Shown: piece by piece, positions 15,202 through 25,693 of the stretch | How the letters are laid out: every line of letters starts with the position of its first letter | Numbering within the stretch: position 1 is the first letter of the stretch | IMG/VR virus record: IMGVR_UViG_3300005537_000002 | Location: 1-64,000 of that record | Direction: 5' to 3' (one strand) | Origin: a virus | DNA length: 64,000 nucleotides | The notes under the pieces: generated by a model | What the model saw: the letters and a program-made list of their open reading frames with translations, nothing else | Database searches by the model: none | What the model was told of the DNA's origin: nothing | Made by a program: the position numbers and the translations under genes

Positions 15202-16809
15202 ATGCCAATCTCCGCAACAGCGGCAAAAGGTGTAGTCAACATCATGTTGGAGGCAGCAAACGGCGAACAGCTTCTACTGTCCACCACTGCTGTTGCTGCT
15301 ACTATTACTGGTATTACCGCTCCAACTGGCAGTACCGGTATGAGATTCCACGTAAGAGTTACCAACTGGACGACATCTGGGACACTCACCATTAACGGTA
15401 CGGGTATTCCGGGTAACACAGAAACGTTTACCGTCGCTGCACCTACTGCACAGCAGACACAATCAGCACAGATGGCTAGCTTCGACATCGTGTCTCTGAA
15501 TGCGTACAGTGCTGTTACCAATATTACTACTACAGGTATGGCTAACGGTCTCATTACGGTCTGGGGGATATACGCAGGTAAGTTTCAGGTTCCCTCGATC
15601 TTGAAGTCAAAGCGCAAGCCTAAAGTGTACAGCCCGAACGAACACAATACGTTTATCGAGCGAGATAAGAAACTCCTGCAACTCATCAACGAGACCACTA
15701 TCGACGAGTTGAAGCAAGACGTATACGCAGACCTCTCACTCTGGTGGCCTTACATGATGATGGGAGCTCCTACTGCTACAGCGACTGTACCAGCTACGCC
15801 AACGTCGTTGAAGTCTTCTGCAGCTATTACTTCTTCGATGACGCTTACGACCCAACCGAGTGCCCCCGGTATGAAGTTGATACTCACTATTACTTCGTTC
15901 ACGCTTGCCGGGACGCTTACTATCAACGGGGTAGCGTTTGGTTCGACTGCCTCAGTATCAGAGACTATTAACGTTACTGCTGCTGGTACTTACTACAGTT
16001 CGAATGTGTACACGAGTGTAACTACCATTACCAACGTTACTACTGCTGCTTCACTGGCGGTTACTGGTGTGTTCGGCTGGTCGCTTACTTTCCTTTCTAG
16101 TGCCAACCAATACACGGCAGCTATCGAGTGGTATGACGGTGCAGGTTCTTGGGTTCACCCATTTTCGTTCTTTACTGAAGGTGACTTCGATATTAAGGTC
16201 TTGACTGAAGCTACTATTACCGCTAAGGGAGTAGCACAGGATAAATATCCTATCGGCGACCGAACCGTGACGCCGTTGAGTGGTACAAATCGCATATCCT
16301 CAATCGGGTCCAGCCTTTCGGATCTACCTATTGTAGGTTGGCAAACAGTAGTATACATGGATGCCATCACTGGTACTCCACTTACGACTGTCTATATCGA
16401 CGTGCAAGAGTTGAAGGTTAGTCTTAAGACGCCGAATGAGCACCACTACACTTTTACGAACTCTCAAAACTTTAATAGGGCGTACTTAGGTAAGCGAGAG
16501 TGTGTAGCTGACTGTACACTCAACTTTATTGACTTCCTGCAGTGGGAACAGTTTAGGCAGAACCTGAAACAGTATCTAGCCTTTCAGTTCTTAGGCCAGT
16601 ATATTGGTAACGACGGTACTACACCGTACTACAAGTCGTGGACTTGGACTTTACCGATCCGATCTGATGGAGACTTCGACATCACAAGTGACCCAGCTAA
16701 GGCTATTGTCACTGCTAAGGCGATGTGGAGATGCGAGTACGACAGTGGTATCGGTGGAAGTTACAAATTAGTCGTAGTTACTCAGATGCCGCCGACCTAC
16801 CCTAACTAA
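15202..16809 (+). CDS. Major tail tube protein with two inserted beta-sandwich repeats
   Basis: Precedes the tail chaperone and tape measure; Thr-rich repeats containing GTLTING; C-terminal tube-like core. Confidence 0.7.
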   Translation: MPISATAAKGVVNIMLEAANGEQLLLSTTAVAATITGITAPTGSTGMRFHVRVTNWTTSGTLTINGTGIPGNTETFTVAAPTAQQTQSAQMASFDIVSLNAYSAVTNITTTGMANGLITVWGIYAGKFQVPSILKSKRKPKVYSPNEHNTFIERDKKLLQLINETTIDELKQDVYADLSLWWPYMMMGAPTATATVPATPTSLKSSAAITSSMTLTTQPSAPGMKLILTITSFTLAGTLTINGVAFGSTASVSETINVTAAGTYYSSNVYTSVTTITNVTTAASLAVTGVFGWSLTFLSSANQYTAAIEWYDGAGSWVHPFSFFTEGDFDIKVLTEATITAKGVAQDKYPIGDRTVTPLSGTNRISSIGSSLSDLPIVGWQTVVYMDAITGTPLTTVYIDVQELKVSLKTPNEHHYTFTNSQNFNRAYLGKRECVADCTLNFIDFLQWEQFRQNLKQYLAFQFLGQYIGNDGTTPYYKSWTWTLPIRSDGDFDITSDPAKAIVTAKAMWRCEYDSGIGGSYKLVVVTQMPPTYPN

Positions 16810-16828
16810 TAGAAAGAGACATATCTCA

Positions 16829-17281
16829 ATGGGAGCTTTCGACGTAAAGCCACCGATTACCATACCGGACCCTAGCGATCCGGAAAGTGCTACCACCTTC
16901 CGTAAGAAGTGGGGTTGGGATCCGCATGAACAAGTACTCATCAAGGGTACTATCGACGTAGCTGATCAAGAGTACGTCACCAACCTTACAGCTAAGTCTA
17001 GTAAACGAGGAGAGTTCGAGCTGCAAGCAGGTACTGGAAGGTACGCACTACTTGACCGCATGATTCAAGACTGGACTCTGTTACAAGATGGACATAGGGT
17101 GCCAGTCAGCAAAGTCAACATTCGGCGACTGCCAGCTAACTACGCTAACCCCATTTTGGAGGAGATCGACAAATTAGCTGCCGGAATGACGGAGGAAGAA
17201 CAAGACGATTTTTTGCCCTCTGCAAACGGGTATATAGTGGACAGCTCCGAGAGGATGACATCGTCCCTCCAGAGATCCTAG
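16829..17281 (+). CDS. Tail assembly chaperone (G)
   Basis: Between tail tube and tape measure; contains a slippery heptamer. Confidence 0.75.
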   Translation: MGAFDVKPPITIPDPSDPESATTFRKKWGWDPHEQVLIKGTIDVADQEYVTNLTAKSSKRGEFELQAGTGRYALLDRMIQDWTLLQDGHRVPVSKVNIRRLPANYANPILEEIDKLAAGMTEEEQDDFLPSANGYIVDSSERMTSSLQRS

Positions 17282-17445
17282 AAGAAGTAATGTACCCGTT
17301 ATTCGGCGGCTACCACGAATATGAAGCTGCACCTGTCATCAAAGTTATGCGACACCAATTAAGACACGCCGCGAAGATGCAGGTTACACAAGAGCAGCAA
17401 GAAGACCAGGAGCGTGAGTACCGCCGACAACAGCTACTAGGTTAA
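17209..17445 (+). CDS. -1 frameshift extension of the tail chaperone (G-T fusion)
   Basis: T TTT TTG at 17209-15; the -1 frame is open for 78 codons to TAA 17443-45, just before the tape measure. Confidence 0.8.
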   Translation, partial: FFALCKRVYSGQLREDDIVPPEILEEVMYPLFGGYHEYEAAPVIKVMRHQLRHAAKMQVTQEQQEDQEREYRRQQLLG

Positions 17446-17455
17446 GGACTAGCGT

Positions 17456-20400
17456 ATGGCAGCCGGAGATACAGCACTCAATATCATTATAGGCGCAACT
17501 GACAATGCGTCCAGCGTCATAATGGGCCTTGGGAACGCACTCCAGCAACTCGCAAGCGGTAACGTAATGGGTGCTATCGGTACTGCGGCTGGCGCAGTCG
17601 CTGGGGGTATAGCACAGGCTACTACTGCTGCCGGCGACTTCCAGCAGCAGCTGACGCTACTCGTAACCTCAGCTAACGAGTCCTCAAATAACCTAAAGGC
17701 CGTGGGAGATGGTATACTACAAATCTCTACTGACACCGGTACAGCTACGGACCAGCTAACGTCCGGTATGTACATGATCGAGTCCGCAGGTTACCACGGA
17801 CAGCAAGGACTCGACGTACTAAGGATCGCAGCAGAGGGAGCAAAGGCAGAGAACGCGGACCTTACGGGAGTCGCTAAAGCTCTAACGTCCGTCATGCACG
17901 ATTACAACATTCCCTTCGATCAGGCTGCCGCTGCTATGAACACGATGACTCAAACTGTTGCTGACGGTAAGTTGAAGTTGAATGATCTTGCAACCTCTCT
18001 TGGGTACGTGCTACCTATCGCTTCCGAACTGCATGTATCCCTACCCCAAGTAACGGCAGCCCTCGCTACTATGACTAACGCTGGTATGTCTTCATTCCAC
18101 GCCTCTCAAAACCTAGCATTCTCGCTACGTGCTCTATCCTCGCCAAGTAGTGTTGCAGTCACTCAGCTCAAAGACATTGGGTTAACCGCGCAGCAATTAA
18201 AGGACGCTCTGTCTACTCAAGGCTTGAGTGGTGCATTACAGCTAGTCGAAGACCACATCTCTAAGAAGTTCCCTGCTGGGTCGGTACAGGCACAGACCGC
18301 ACTCAAAGATATTATGGGTGGTGCTGCCGGCTTAAATACAGCACTTGCTCTGAGTGGTGATAAAGCGAAGTACTTCGCAGGTAGCATTACAGACATTACT
18401 GCAGCACTACGCAACGGCACCGGTGAGGTGATGAACTGGTCTCTAGTTCAGGACACTCTCAACTTCCAAATGGACCGAGTTAAGGCGTCCTTCGATGCAA
18501 TGATGATCTCGATAGGCACGGAATTCTTACCTATCATGACCAAATTAATGGATAACGTCGCTAATGCTGTTGTAGGCTTCACCCACTGGGAGGAACAGAC
18601 ACACTTCGTAGCAGACGCCGTGCAAGTCGCTGTAACGGTTATTGAATGGTTAGTAACTGCTATAGGTAAAGTTGTAGATGTGCTATCTCAACTATGGAGT
18701 CTGATCGAACCTACGTTCAACCAACTCATCGCATCCGCAGAAGTTTGGGGCAAGAACTTTATGGTGTCGTTCGGCAATGGTATCATAGCGGTAGCTAACG
18801 ACATCATTGCTATAGTTGAACAGATAGCGCAGGAGATTGAGAACTATCTCGGCTTCGCTTCACCCGCAAAGAAAGGTCCTGGTTCGAAACTAGCCAGTTG
18901 GGGTCCAGGTCTCATACAGGGGTTCGCTGATGGCATCACTAGCAGTATACCACTCGTAACGGATGCTGTAACTGGTATCGTAAGTCAATTCCAAGCGTTA
19001 AGCGATCCTGCATCGATGCAAGCAGCCGGAGGACCGAATATCACGAACTTTACTGACGCCCTTACAGGCGACTCTCGTAAAGTTACCGTAACCCAAGATA
19101 AGATGCCTGACCAAAAGACTAACACACCAGCCGCTCACGCGGCTGCAGCAGGTCAACATATATCTAATGTAGGTACTGCCATCGCTGGTGGTGCTGGTAA
19201 AGTAGCGTCCGCTACAAGTCAAGTTACTAAAGCTCTATCTACCGTCTGTGACCACGCTAAGGCAGTCAGTAAGTGTGCTGCAGATCACTTAACGACACAT
19301 CTCGCATCCAAGATAACTGCTCAGTCTCCCGCAGCTCAAGCTGCAGCCGCTAAACATGCCGCTGCAGTCGCAGCCGCTGCAGCAAAGGCTCAAGACACGG
19401 CAAACGCTAAAGCTGCCAACCTAAATACCGACTGGCAGAAAGCTATTTCAACGTCGTCTACTCAAGCTGTACAGGACCTAGTTAACAAGAGTAAGGCAGA
19501 GTTCGCCAAAGGCAACACAGCAATGGCGACCTTCTATGCACAGCAAGCTATACAACTAGCCAACCAACAGGCAGCAGCAGCGAAAAAGACTCAAGCGGCA
19601 CTAGCAAAACTAGGTCCTGCACCCGTAGCGGGAGCTCAAGCGCCTGACCTGACCATACCCGGTAAAGACGTTATGCCGGACAACCCTATTACGAAAGCAT
19701 CCAACGCGGTTAAGGCAGCCTCAGTTCAGTTAGGTCCAGCGGCGACTGCTGTTAAGAATGCTTGGATGAGTGTGCTACAAGTTTTCAGTCAAGTAGCCGC
19801 GGTTATGAATCAGGTAGCTAAAGCTATGACACCCGGACTCCAGGATATTTGGCGAGTCATCCAAACCGAGTTAGTCCCTTCACTCAAGTCTTTGTGGGAT
19901 GCTGTTAAACCCGGCGTCGTTGCACTAGGGCAGTTAATGGGTGCTATCGTAGTAGGTACTGCAGCCTTTGCGAAGTGGATGGTGACTAGCGGTACACTTA
20001 AGGCTATTTGGGATGGTCTAGTAGTAGTCATTAAGGTTGTCATTGCAACCGTCTCCACTCTCATCGGTGCACTATCTGCTGCATTGGGACCGACTATCGC
20101 AATGCTAGTCGGTACGTTTAACGACAGCCTAAAACCAGCCCTCACAAACTTGTGGGAAGCACTTAAGGCCGGCGCTCCAGTATTCAAGTTTGTGGGTGGC
20201 GTCATCGGAGTAGCATTCATCGCTGTGCTAGGAGTCGTAGTAGGTCTGCTTGGTGGTATCATGAAGGGGTTAGGTAACTTCCTACAGGGTGTCATTATAG
20301 CACTTGGAGGCATCATCCAGTTTGTCAGTGGCTTCGTACAAGTCTTTATAGGGTGGTGGCAATTAGTCTACGACGTACTCACGGGCAATTGGAAGAAGGT

Positions 20401-22189
20401 GGGTAAGGATCTAGATGTCATTTGGCACGGTATCCAAGACATGTGGAACGGCTTCTGGAAGTTTGTTTGGGGCGTCATTTGGGCAGTTGGAGGAGCTATC
20501 ATCGGATTCTTCGATGGCTTCGTCCATACCATTATTGGGTTCTTCCAAAACCTCTACAATGCACTCGTAGGTCACTCTATTATTCCTGACCTTGTCAATG
20601 GCATCATGAGTTGGTTCAAGAATCTTTGGAACTTTCTCGAGGGTATTGTCAATACCATTGTGACTTGGATAGTTAACCAATTTATCACTTTTAGGGATAA
20701 GACTATCGCGTACTGGACGGCCGTCTACACTGGTATCGTGCAGGTACTCAAGCAAATACAGTCGGGTGTTCAGACTGCTATCACCTTCGTCATCAACTGG
20801 CTGCAGAAGCAGTGGCAAACGTTCCAAACTAACGTACAGACAGCTTGGACGGCTGTGCAAACAATTATCCAAAAGACTGCTAACGGTATTTCCACGTGGC
20901 TAGGCGGTTGGATTGCCGGACTTATCACTGCCGCTGTGCAGTGGGGTCTCAACCTTATGAAATCATTCGCAAACTCGATTACACAAGGAGTAGCCAATGT
21001 AACTGCTGCAGTCACTGGAGTCGCAGCTAAGATTAAGTCGTTTCTAGGCATTGCCTCTCCAGCACAGCAGGGGCCGCTCTCAACAGCAGATCAGTGGATG
21101 CCTAACTTTATGACCATGCTTGCGAACGGCATCAAGATTAACACACCGAAAGTGACGATTGCGGTTACTGGGGTCGCCAACCAATTTACACTACTGACGA
21201 CGAATGTCAATACGTCTGTCAACAACATCAACACGAAGATCGGAACTCTTGGAAACACACTCCCAACTGCGAGTAACAAGATCACGTCGAACCTGAACTT
21301 GCTGACAACACAAGTTAAAACGTCAGCTGACAACATTAACACGTCGATGAACGGTGTAGGAACGAACTCGGCGAACGTAAGTAACCAGGTTGGTAATAGT
21401 TGGCACTATATCGGTTGGACTGTAACTACCTCCAGTACGCTATCTCAGCAAGCGGCTAAAGACTTGGATACGTGTTGCCAAAACGTCTCTAATAACGTCT
21501 GTACTTCAAACACAAAGATGACTCAGAATACCCAGACGACTGCACAGACTATGGGTCAGTCGTTCAATAGTATCGGTCAGCAAGCAAGTGATGCTTGGAA
21601 TAACTTCAATGACACTATGACCAAGTGGGGCGACGGGATGAAAACCTGGACTAACGACCTACAGACTAAGCTGAATAACTTTTTTAGGTCGCTCTTTGAC
21701 CCTAACAGCTCTCTCAACAAGCAGATCTTCGGTTGGATTGACTCCACAACAAGGGCTGTGGGAGACTTTCTTAAAGAGTTAGGGAAAAACATCGGTGACT
21801 CCTTTAGTGGTTTCATCACTTCATCTCAGAACTTCATCGGCCAAGCGATCACTATGGCGCAATCTGCCGCCCAACAGATTGCGGCCATTCTTGGTCATAG
21901 TACACCGACCTCAGGTCCACTCAAAGACGATGACCAGTGGGGCAAGCACATGATGCAAAACATTGCGAGTGGTATGCGAGCTGGTATGCCGGAACTGACT
22001 GCGGCGGCGAATCAAGCGGCAGGTATTATGCAGAGCAAACTCTCACCGTCGTTCGCTCTATCCGGAGGATCGAAGCTAGCTAGTCCTATGGTTATTTACA
22101 TGTCGCTAGACGGTAAAACGATAGGTAAGGTCGTTACCAAGTATCAGGTAGGCGAACTACACGTACAGGGCGGGATACGGAGTATATAA
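17456..22189 (+). CDS. Tape measure protein (TP901-type core)
   Basis: 1577 aa, Ala/Gln-rich; PhageMin_Tail-like N-terminal core; Trp/Phe periodic repeats. Confidence 0.92.
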   Translation: MAAGDTALNIIIGATDNASSVIMGLGNALQQLASGNVMGAIGTAAGAVAGGIAQATTAAGDFQQQLTLLVTSANESSNNLKAVGDGILQISTDTGTATDQLTSGMYMIESAGYHGQQGLDVLRIAAEGAKAENADLTGVAKALTSVMHDYNIPFDQAAAAMNTMTQTVADGKLKLNDLATSLGYVLPIASELHVSLPQVTAALATMTNAGMSSFHASQNLAFSLRALSSPSSVAVTQLKDIGLTAQQLKDALSTQGLSGALQLVEDHISKKFPAGSVQAQTALKDIMGGAAGLNTALALSGDKAKYFAGSITDITAALRNGTGEVMNWSLVQDTLNFQMDRVKASFDAMMISIGTEFLPIMTKLMDNVANAVVGFTHWEEQTHFVADAVQVAVTVIEWLVTAIGKVVDVLSQLWSLIEPTFNQLIASAEVWGKNFMVSFGNGIIAVANDIIAIVEQIAQEIENYLGFASPAKKGPGSKLASWGPGLIQGFADGITSSIPLVTDAVTGIVSQFQALSDPASMQAAGGPNITNFTDALTGDSRKVTVTQDKMPDQKTNTPAAHAAAAGQHISNVGTAIAGGAGKVASATSQVTKALSTVCDHAKAVSKCAADHLTTHLASKITAQSPAAQAAAAKHAAAVAAAAAKAQDTANAKAANLNTDWQKAISTSSTQAVQDLVNKSKAEFAKGNTAMATFYAQQAIQLANQQAAAAKKTQAALAKLGPAPVAGAQAPDLTIPGKDVMPDNPITKASNAVKAASVQLGPAATAVKNAWMSVLQVFSQVAAVMNQVAKAMTPGLQDIWRVIQTELVPSLKSLWDAVKPGVVALGQLMGAIVVGTAAFAKWMVTSGTLKAIWDGLVVVIKVVIATVSTLIGALSAALGPTIAMLVGTFNDSLKPALTNLWEALKAGAPVFKFVGGVIGVAFIAVLGVVVGLLGGIMKGLGNFLQGVIIALGGIIQFVSGFVQVFIGWWQLVYDVLTGNWKKVGKDLDVIWHGIQDMWNGFWKFVWGVIWAVGGAIIGFFDGFVHTIIGFFQNLYNALVGHSIIPDLVNGIMSWFKNLWNFLEGIVNTIVTWIVNQFITFRDKTIAYWTAVYTGIVQVLKQIQSGVQTAITFVINWLQKQWQTFQTNVQTAWTAVQTIIQKTANGISTWLGGWIAGLITAAVQWGLNLMKSFANSITQGVANVTAAVTGVAAKIKSFLGIASPAQQGPLSTADQWMPNFMTMLANGIKINTPKVTIAVTGVANQFTLLTTNVNTSVNNINTKIGTLGNTLPTASNKITSNLNLLTTQVKTSADNINTSMNGVGTNSANVSNQVGNSWHYIGWTVTTSSTLSQQAAKDLDTCCQNVSNNVCTSNTKMTQNTQTTAQTMGQSFNSIGQQASDAWNNFNDTMTKWGDGMKTWTNDLQTKLNNFFRSLFDPNSSLNKQIFGWIDSTTRAVGDFLKELGKNIGDSFSGFITSSQNFIGQAITMAQSAAQQIAAILGHSTPTSGPLKDDDQWGKHMMQNIASGMRAGMPELTAAANQAAGIMQSKLSPSFALSGGSKLASPMVIYMSLDGKTIGKVVTKYQVGELHVQGGIRSI

Positions 22190-22204
22190 CAGAAAGGAGG
22201 TTCT

Positions 22205-25200
22205 ATGGCTGCTCTCTGCACGATAGGTGGCGTACAGTATATCATGATCGAGGATCAGCATGACTTGACGAACGCGCTTGACGAGCGTCAACGGTTCAAG
22301 TGTGACATCATCGATTATAGCGGTACAGCACACTTTGTGAGAGGGGAGCAGGTTGTAGTCTCCGACCCAGCATTAGGAGTCTTCTTTACCGGATTTATCA
22401 ATAGCGACAAGGAAGTACCTCAATACCCTTCCGGTGCTATCCTACACACCATTGACTGCATAGACCTACATTACTTAGCAGACAAGCGAACGTATACCAG
22501 AACCTATCCTAACCCCACACTTGCTGGGAAGGTTGCCGTCGATATGTTAGACGACGTACTAGTAGCCGAGGGTATTTCTCCAAACTTTGCGTTAGCAGAC
22601 AATATTACGCAAACCGACTGGAGCACAGGTACACTAGTCAATACGCAAGGTTCTGACGACGTAGGAGATGGAGATCTAGAACTACTACCCGCAGGCGTAG
22701 ACGTTACTATCGTCGAAGGCACGACAGCACAGTTTGCTACTGGTACTCTCGTCAATATGCAAGCCACCAGTAACTCACTTCAACCGACTACTGTCAGTGC
22801 TGTACGCCTGCAATCAACTCTCTCATTTGCTTATGGTATTGAGTTTGCACAAAACTTTCAGACTGCTAGCGGTAGTGCGTCAGGTAGCGTAAGTGGAAAT
22901 GCGGCTGGTACAGTTACTGGCAGTCCAACTGGTACAGCAAGTGGATCTATTAACGTGAGTGGGGGACTCACACCATCAGGTACGATAAGTATATCTGGAG
23001 GCGCTCCTGGAGAGTCAGCATCATTTAGTGGGTTTTTTGTCAGTGTTAGTTCATCCGGTTCAGCAAGTCTTTCAACCAGTGATTCATTTACGACGTTCGC
23101 TAGTCTTCCATTTAGTACTTCAGCTACGTTTCCGCTGACTGCGAGTGTTACGCAACTCTATCAGCCAAAGACGAAGAGTAAGGTGAAAGTTACCGACAGT
23201 CACTATCACGTCGTAACAGTCGACAAAGCAGTAGCTGACAACCGTGCGGACGCTATGATTTGGACAGGAAGTATGACCGTTGGTAGTGGGGATACTCTTA
23301 ACTACGACATCTGGATTGCTTCTACGTCACCGTCTGAAGAAGGTGGAGTGGATCTCTACTTTAGTGATGGAACAGCACTCACTCAATACCTAGGTACTCT
23401 ACAATCAAACTTCGACGTTGGCATATGGGACCAGAACCAACTGTCGGTATCACCTATTCAGGACCTCTCCAACTTTGCTAGGGACGCTTGGTGTACTAGA
23501 CAGGTCGATCTTTCATCTCTTTCAGGCAAGACTATTATTGGAGTATCCATCTTCAACGCAGCGAACATCGCGGGTACGTTTGATATCTATATTAAGAATG
23601 CCTACCTCGGAAGTCACAGCGGCTCTCCATTCTTTAGCACCACTCAAACGTCAACTACACTCAATCCACCAACGTATGCTTCGATCGGAGCGTATATTAC
23701 AGCAGCTACTATCGCTTCAGTCGCTACTGTATACACACCCGCTACGAGTTCTAGGACCTCTTCAGCCTACAACATCGACCCTGCAAAACTTGTACAAAAC
23801 TCAATCATTACATGGTCCGCTGCCCTACCAGTAACTGGACCAACCGTTATTACGAGTGCTCCGGGTGCTGCTACGGTTGCAGGAATTTCCAACGTATACG
23901 TAAGTTACGATGCTACCACTTGGCTGCCTTGCGTAAGTGGTCAAGCCCTTCCAGGTCTTCCTGTAGGCGCAAACTGCTCTGGAATGTCTCTCTACTTGCT
24001 AGAGACATTTTCCGGTGGACAAGACCCCTCAGCTATTCCTGCACTACTGCAAGTGAATATTACGATCAACTCCGCGCCTAAAGCTACTACTACAGATATT
24101 GTAAGCTCATTCGGTACTACAGCAACCTGGAACTCCGGAACGGAGTTAGGGACCGCTCCTAACAGTAACGGAGATCTAGTCCTAGGTATGACTTCCTATA
24201 GCTGGTCAAACCTCAACAATATGAGTTACTCTCCAGGAAGTGATACTTCTGGACACAATCCAACGCAGTCCACGTCGTCTGGAACCTACGTTATCTCCTC
24301 GCCAGGGTACTCTGGAGGAGCGTCTTGGTCAACGTCTCGATTTAACTTTATCGCTGCTGTACAGGACTTTACAGCAGAGGCTGACTTCACCCTCAACTCC
24401 TCTAGCGAGATCCAAAATGAGGTAGGATTTCTCTACCGACAGACATACTGGGGATCTCCGAATAATAGCTTCGCCTACTACATACGAGTGATGAGGAACC
24501 CAGGAGGACTTGCTGGGGGTACATCGGTCACATTGGGATATGGTACTAATAATCCCCCATCTAACGTTGGCGGAGGTCCGTCGTCGGGTGCATTCACTAC
24601 AATAGTCCAGATAGCGGAGACGATCAACAATAATACAGCCTACCATGTTAAGCTCGTCGTCGGTCAGAACAGGCACACGGTGTATTGGAACCACGGTTCC
24701 TCACCCATTATCGACGTACTAGATAACACCTATACAGCCGCCGGAAACATCGGCCTACGTACGTATCACTACAGTACCAATTCCGGAACGGGTAAGATAG
24801 CTAACTTTACAGTCACTAATACGTATGCTGGCATTTGGACCTCACCTTCGATCAACCTTAACAGTTTAGGAACGTGCGGTAGTACGCAAGTCTCTTGGTC
24901 TGAAATCGAAGCCGCAGGTAACCAACAGTCGACCATTCTTACTATGGCCTCACTTGACGGTGGCACGACTTGGCAGCAGTGCACAAACGGTTCAGCGTCT
25001 CCTACAGCTATCATTCCTGGTTTGCCAGTTGGAACTAGCGTTACTGGCAAGTCTCTAAAGATCCAACTTATCCTCTCTGCGACCTCTCTCCTCTCTAGTC
25101 CGATCATTACGGGTCTCTACATAAGGGTATGTGGAGCATATCCAGGAGCGTCCGGTACTAGATCTACAGCTCCGCTGGGCAACGATCGTATGATACGGGC

Positions 25201-25681
25201 TAACCAGAGTGGCTGGGGTACAGCCTTTGACAGCCAGACTTGGACCAAAGTCGGTACCGGTACTGACGCTATTACAAGCAACGAAGGTACGATAGCTAAC
25301 ACAACTGGTGACGTACACGAAGTTTTAGGCAGTAACACTTGGACTGACCTCGATGGCACAGTTCGGTTTCAGCTGTCTGCAGCAACTATCTCCGCGGGCA
25401 TCGAACTACGTTACACGGACGCTAACAACTTCTACAGGTTACAAGCGACGACGACGACCGTCAGCATCATTAAAAAGGAGTTAGGCGTATCTACGACGCT
25501 TGCAAGCGTCGGTATGACTATCCCAACTGGTACTTGGTATCGCATGAGGTTTCGAGTGGTAGGGTCAAGCCAGCCTGTGCTAAGAGGCAACGCTTGGCTT
25601 GACGGTACTCTCGAACCTACTATCAGCTCGACGACCGGACTTTGGAACGACGCATTATGGACTATTGTAGCTACAGACTAA
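22205..25681 (+). CDS. Large tail protein: baseplate-hub N-terminal region plus carbohydrate-binding-like beta-sandwich domains
   Basis: Directly follows the tape measure; N-terminal ...CIDLHYLADKR...AGKVAVDML..VLVAEGI; Ser/Thr/Gly-rich inserts. Confidence 0.7.
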   Translation: MAALCTIGGVQYIMIEDQHDLTNALDERQRFKCDIIDYSGTAHFVRGEQVVVSDPALGVFFTGFINSDKEVPQYPSGAILHTIDCIDLHYLADKRTYTRTYPNPTLAGKVAVDMLDDVLVAEGISPNFALADNITQTDWSTGTLVNTQGSDDVGDGDLELLPAGVDVTIVEGTTAQFATGTLVNMQATSNSLQPTTVSAVRLQSTLSFAYGIEFAQNFQTASGSASGSVSGNAAGTVTGSPTGTASGSINVSGGLTPSGTISISGGAPGESASFSGFFVSVSSSGSASLSTSDSFTTFASLPFSTSATFPLTASVTQLYQPKTKSKVKVTDSHYHVVTVDKAVADNRADAMIWTGSMTVGSGDTLNYDIWIASTSPSEEGGVDLYFSDGTALTQYLGTLQSNFDVGIWDQNQLSVSPIQDLSNFARDAWCTRQVDLSSLSGKTIIGVSIFNAANIAGTFDIYIKNAYLGSHSGSPFFSTTQTSTTLNPPTYASIGAYITAATIASVATVYTPATSSRTSSAYNIDPAKLVQNSIITWSAALPVTGPTVITSAPGAATVAGISNVYVSYDATTWLPCVSGQALPGLPVGANCSGMSLYLLETFSGGQDPSAIPALLQVNITINSAPKATTTDIVSSFGTTATWNSGTELGTAPNSNGDLVLGMTSYSWSNLNNMSYSPGSDTSGHNPTQSTSSGTYVISSPGYSGGASWSTSRFNFIAAVQDFTAEADFTLNSSSEIQNEVGFLYRQTYWGSPNNSFAYYIRVMRNPGGLAGGTSVTLGYGTNNPPSNVGGGPSSGAFTTIVQIAETINNNTAYHVKLVVGQNRHTVYWNHGSSPIIDVLDNTYTAAGNIGLRTYHYSTNSGTGKIANFTVTNTYAGIWTSPSINLNSLGTCGSTQVSWSEIEAAGNQQSTILTMASLDGGTTWQQCTNGSASPTAIIPGLPVGTSVTGKSLKIQLILSATSLLSSPIITGLYIRVCGAYPGASGTRSTAPLGNDRMIRANQSGWGTAFDSQTWTKVGTGTDAITSNEGTIANTTGDVHEVLGSNTWTDLDGTVRFQLSAATISAGIELRYTDANNFYRLQATTTTVSIIKKELGVSTTLASVGMTIPTGTWYRMRFRVVGSSQPVLRGNAWLDGTLEPTISSTTGLWNDALWTIVATD

Positions 25682-25693
25682 TAAGGAGCCTCT

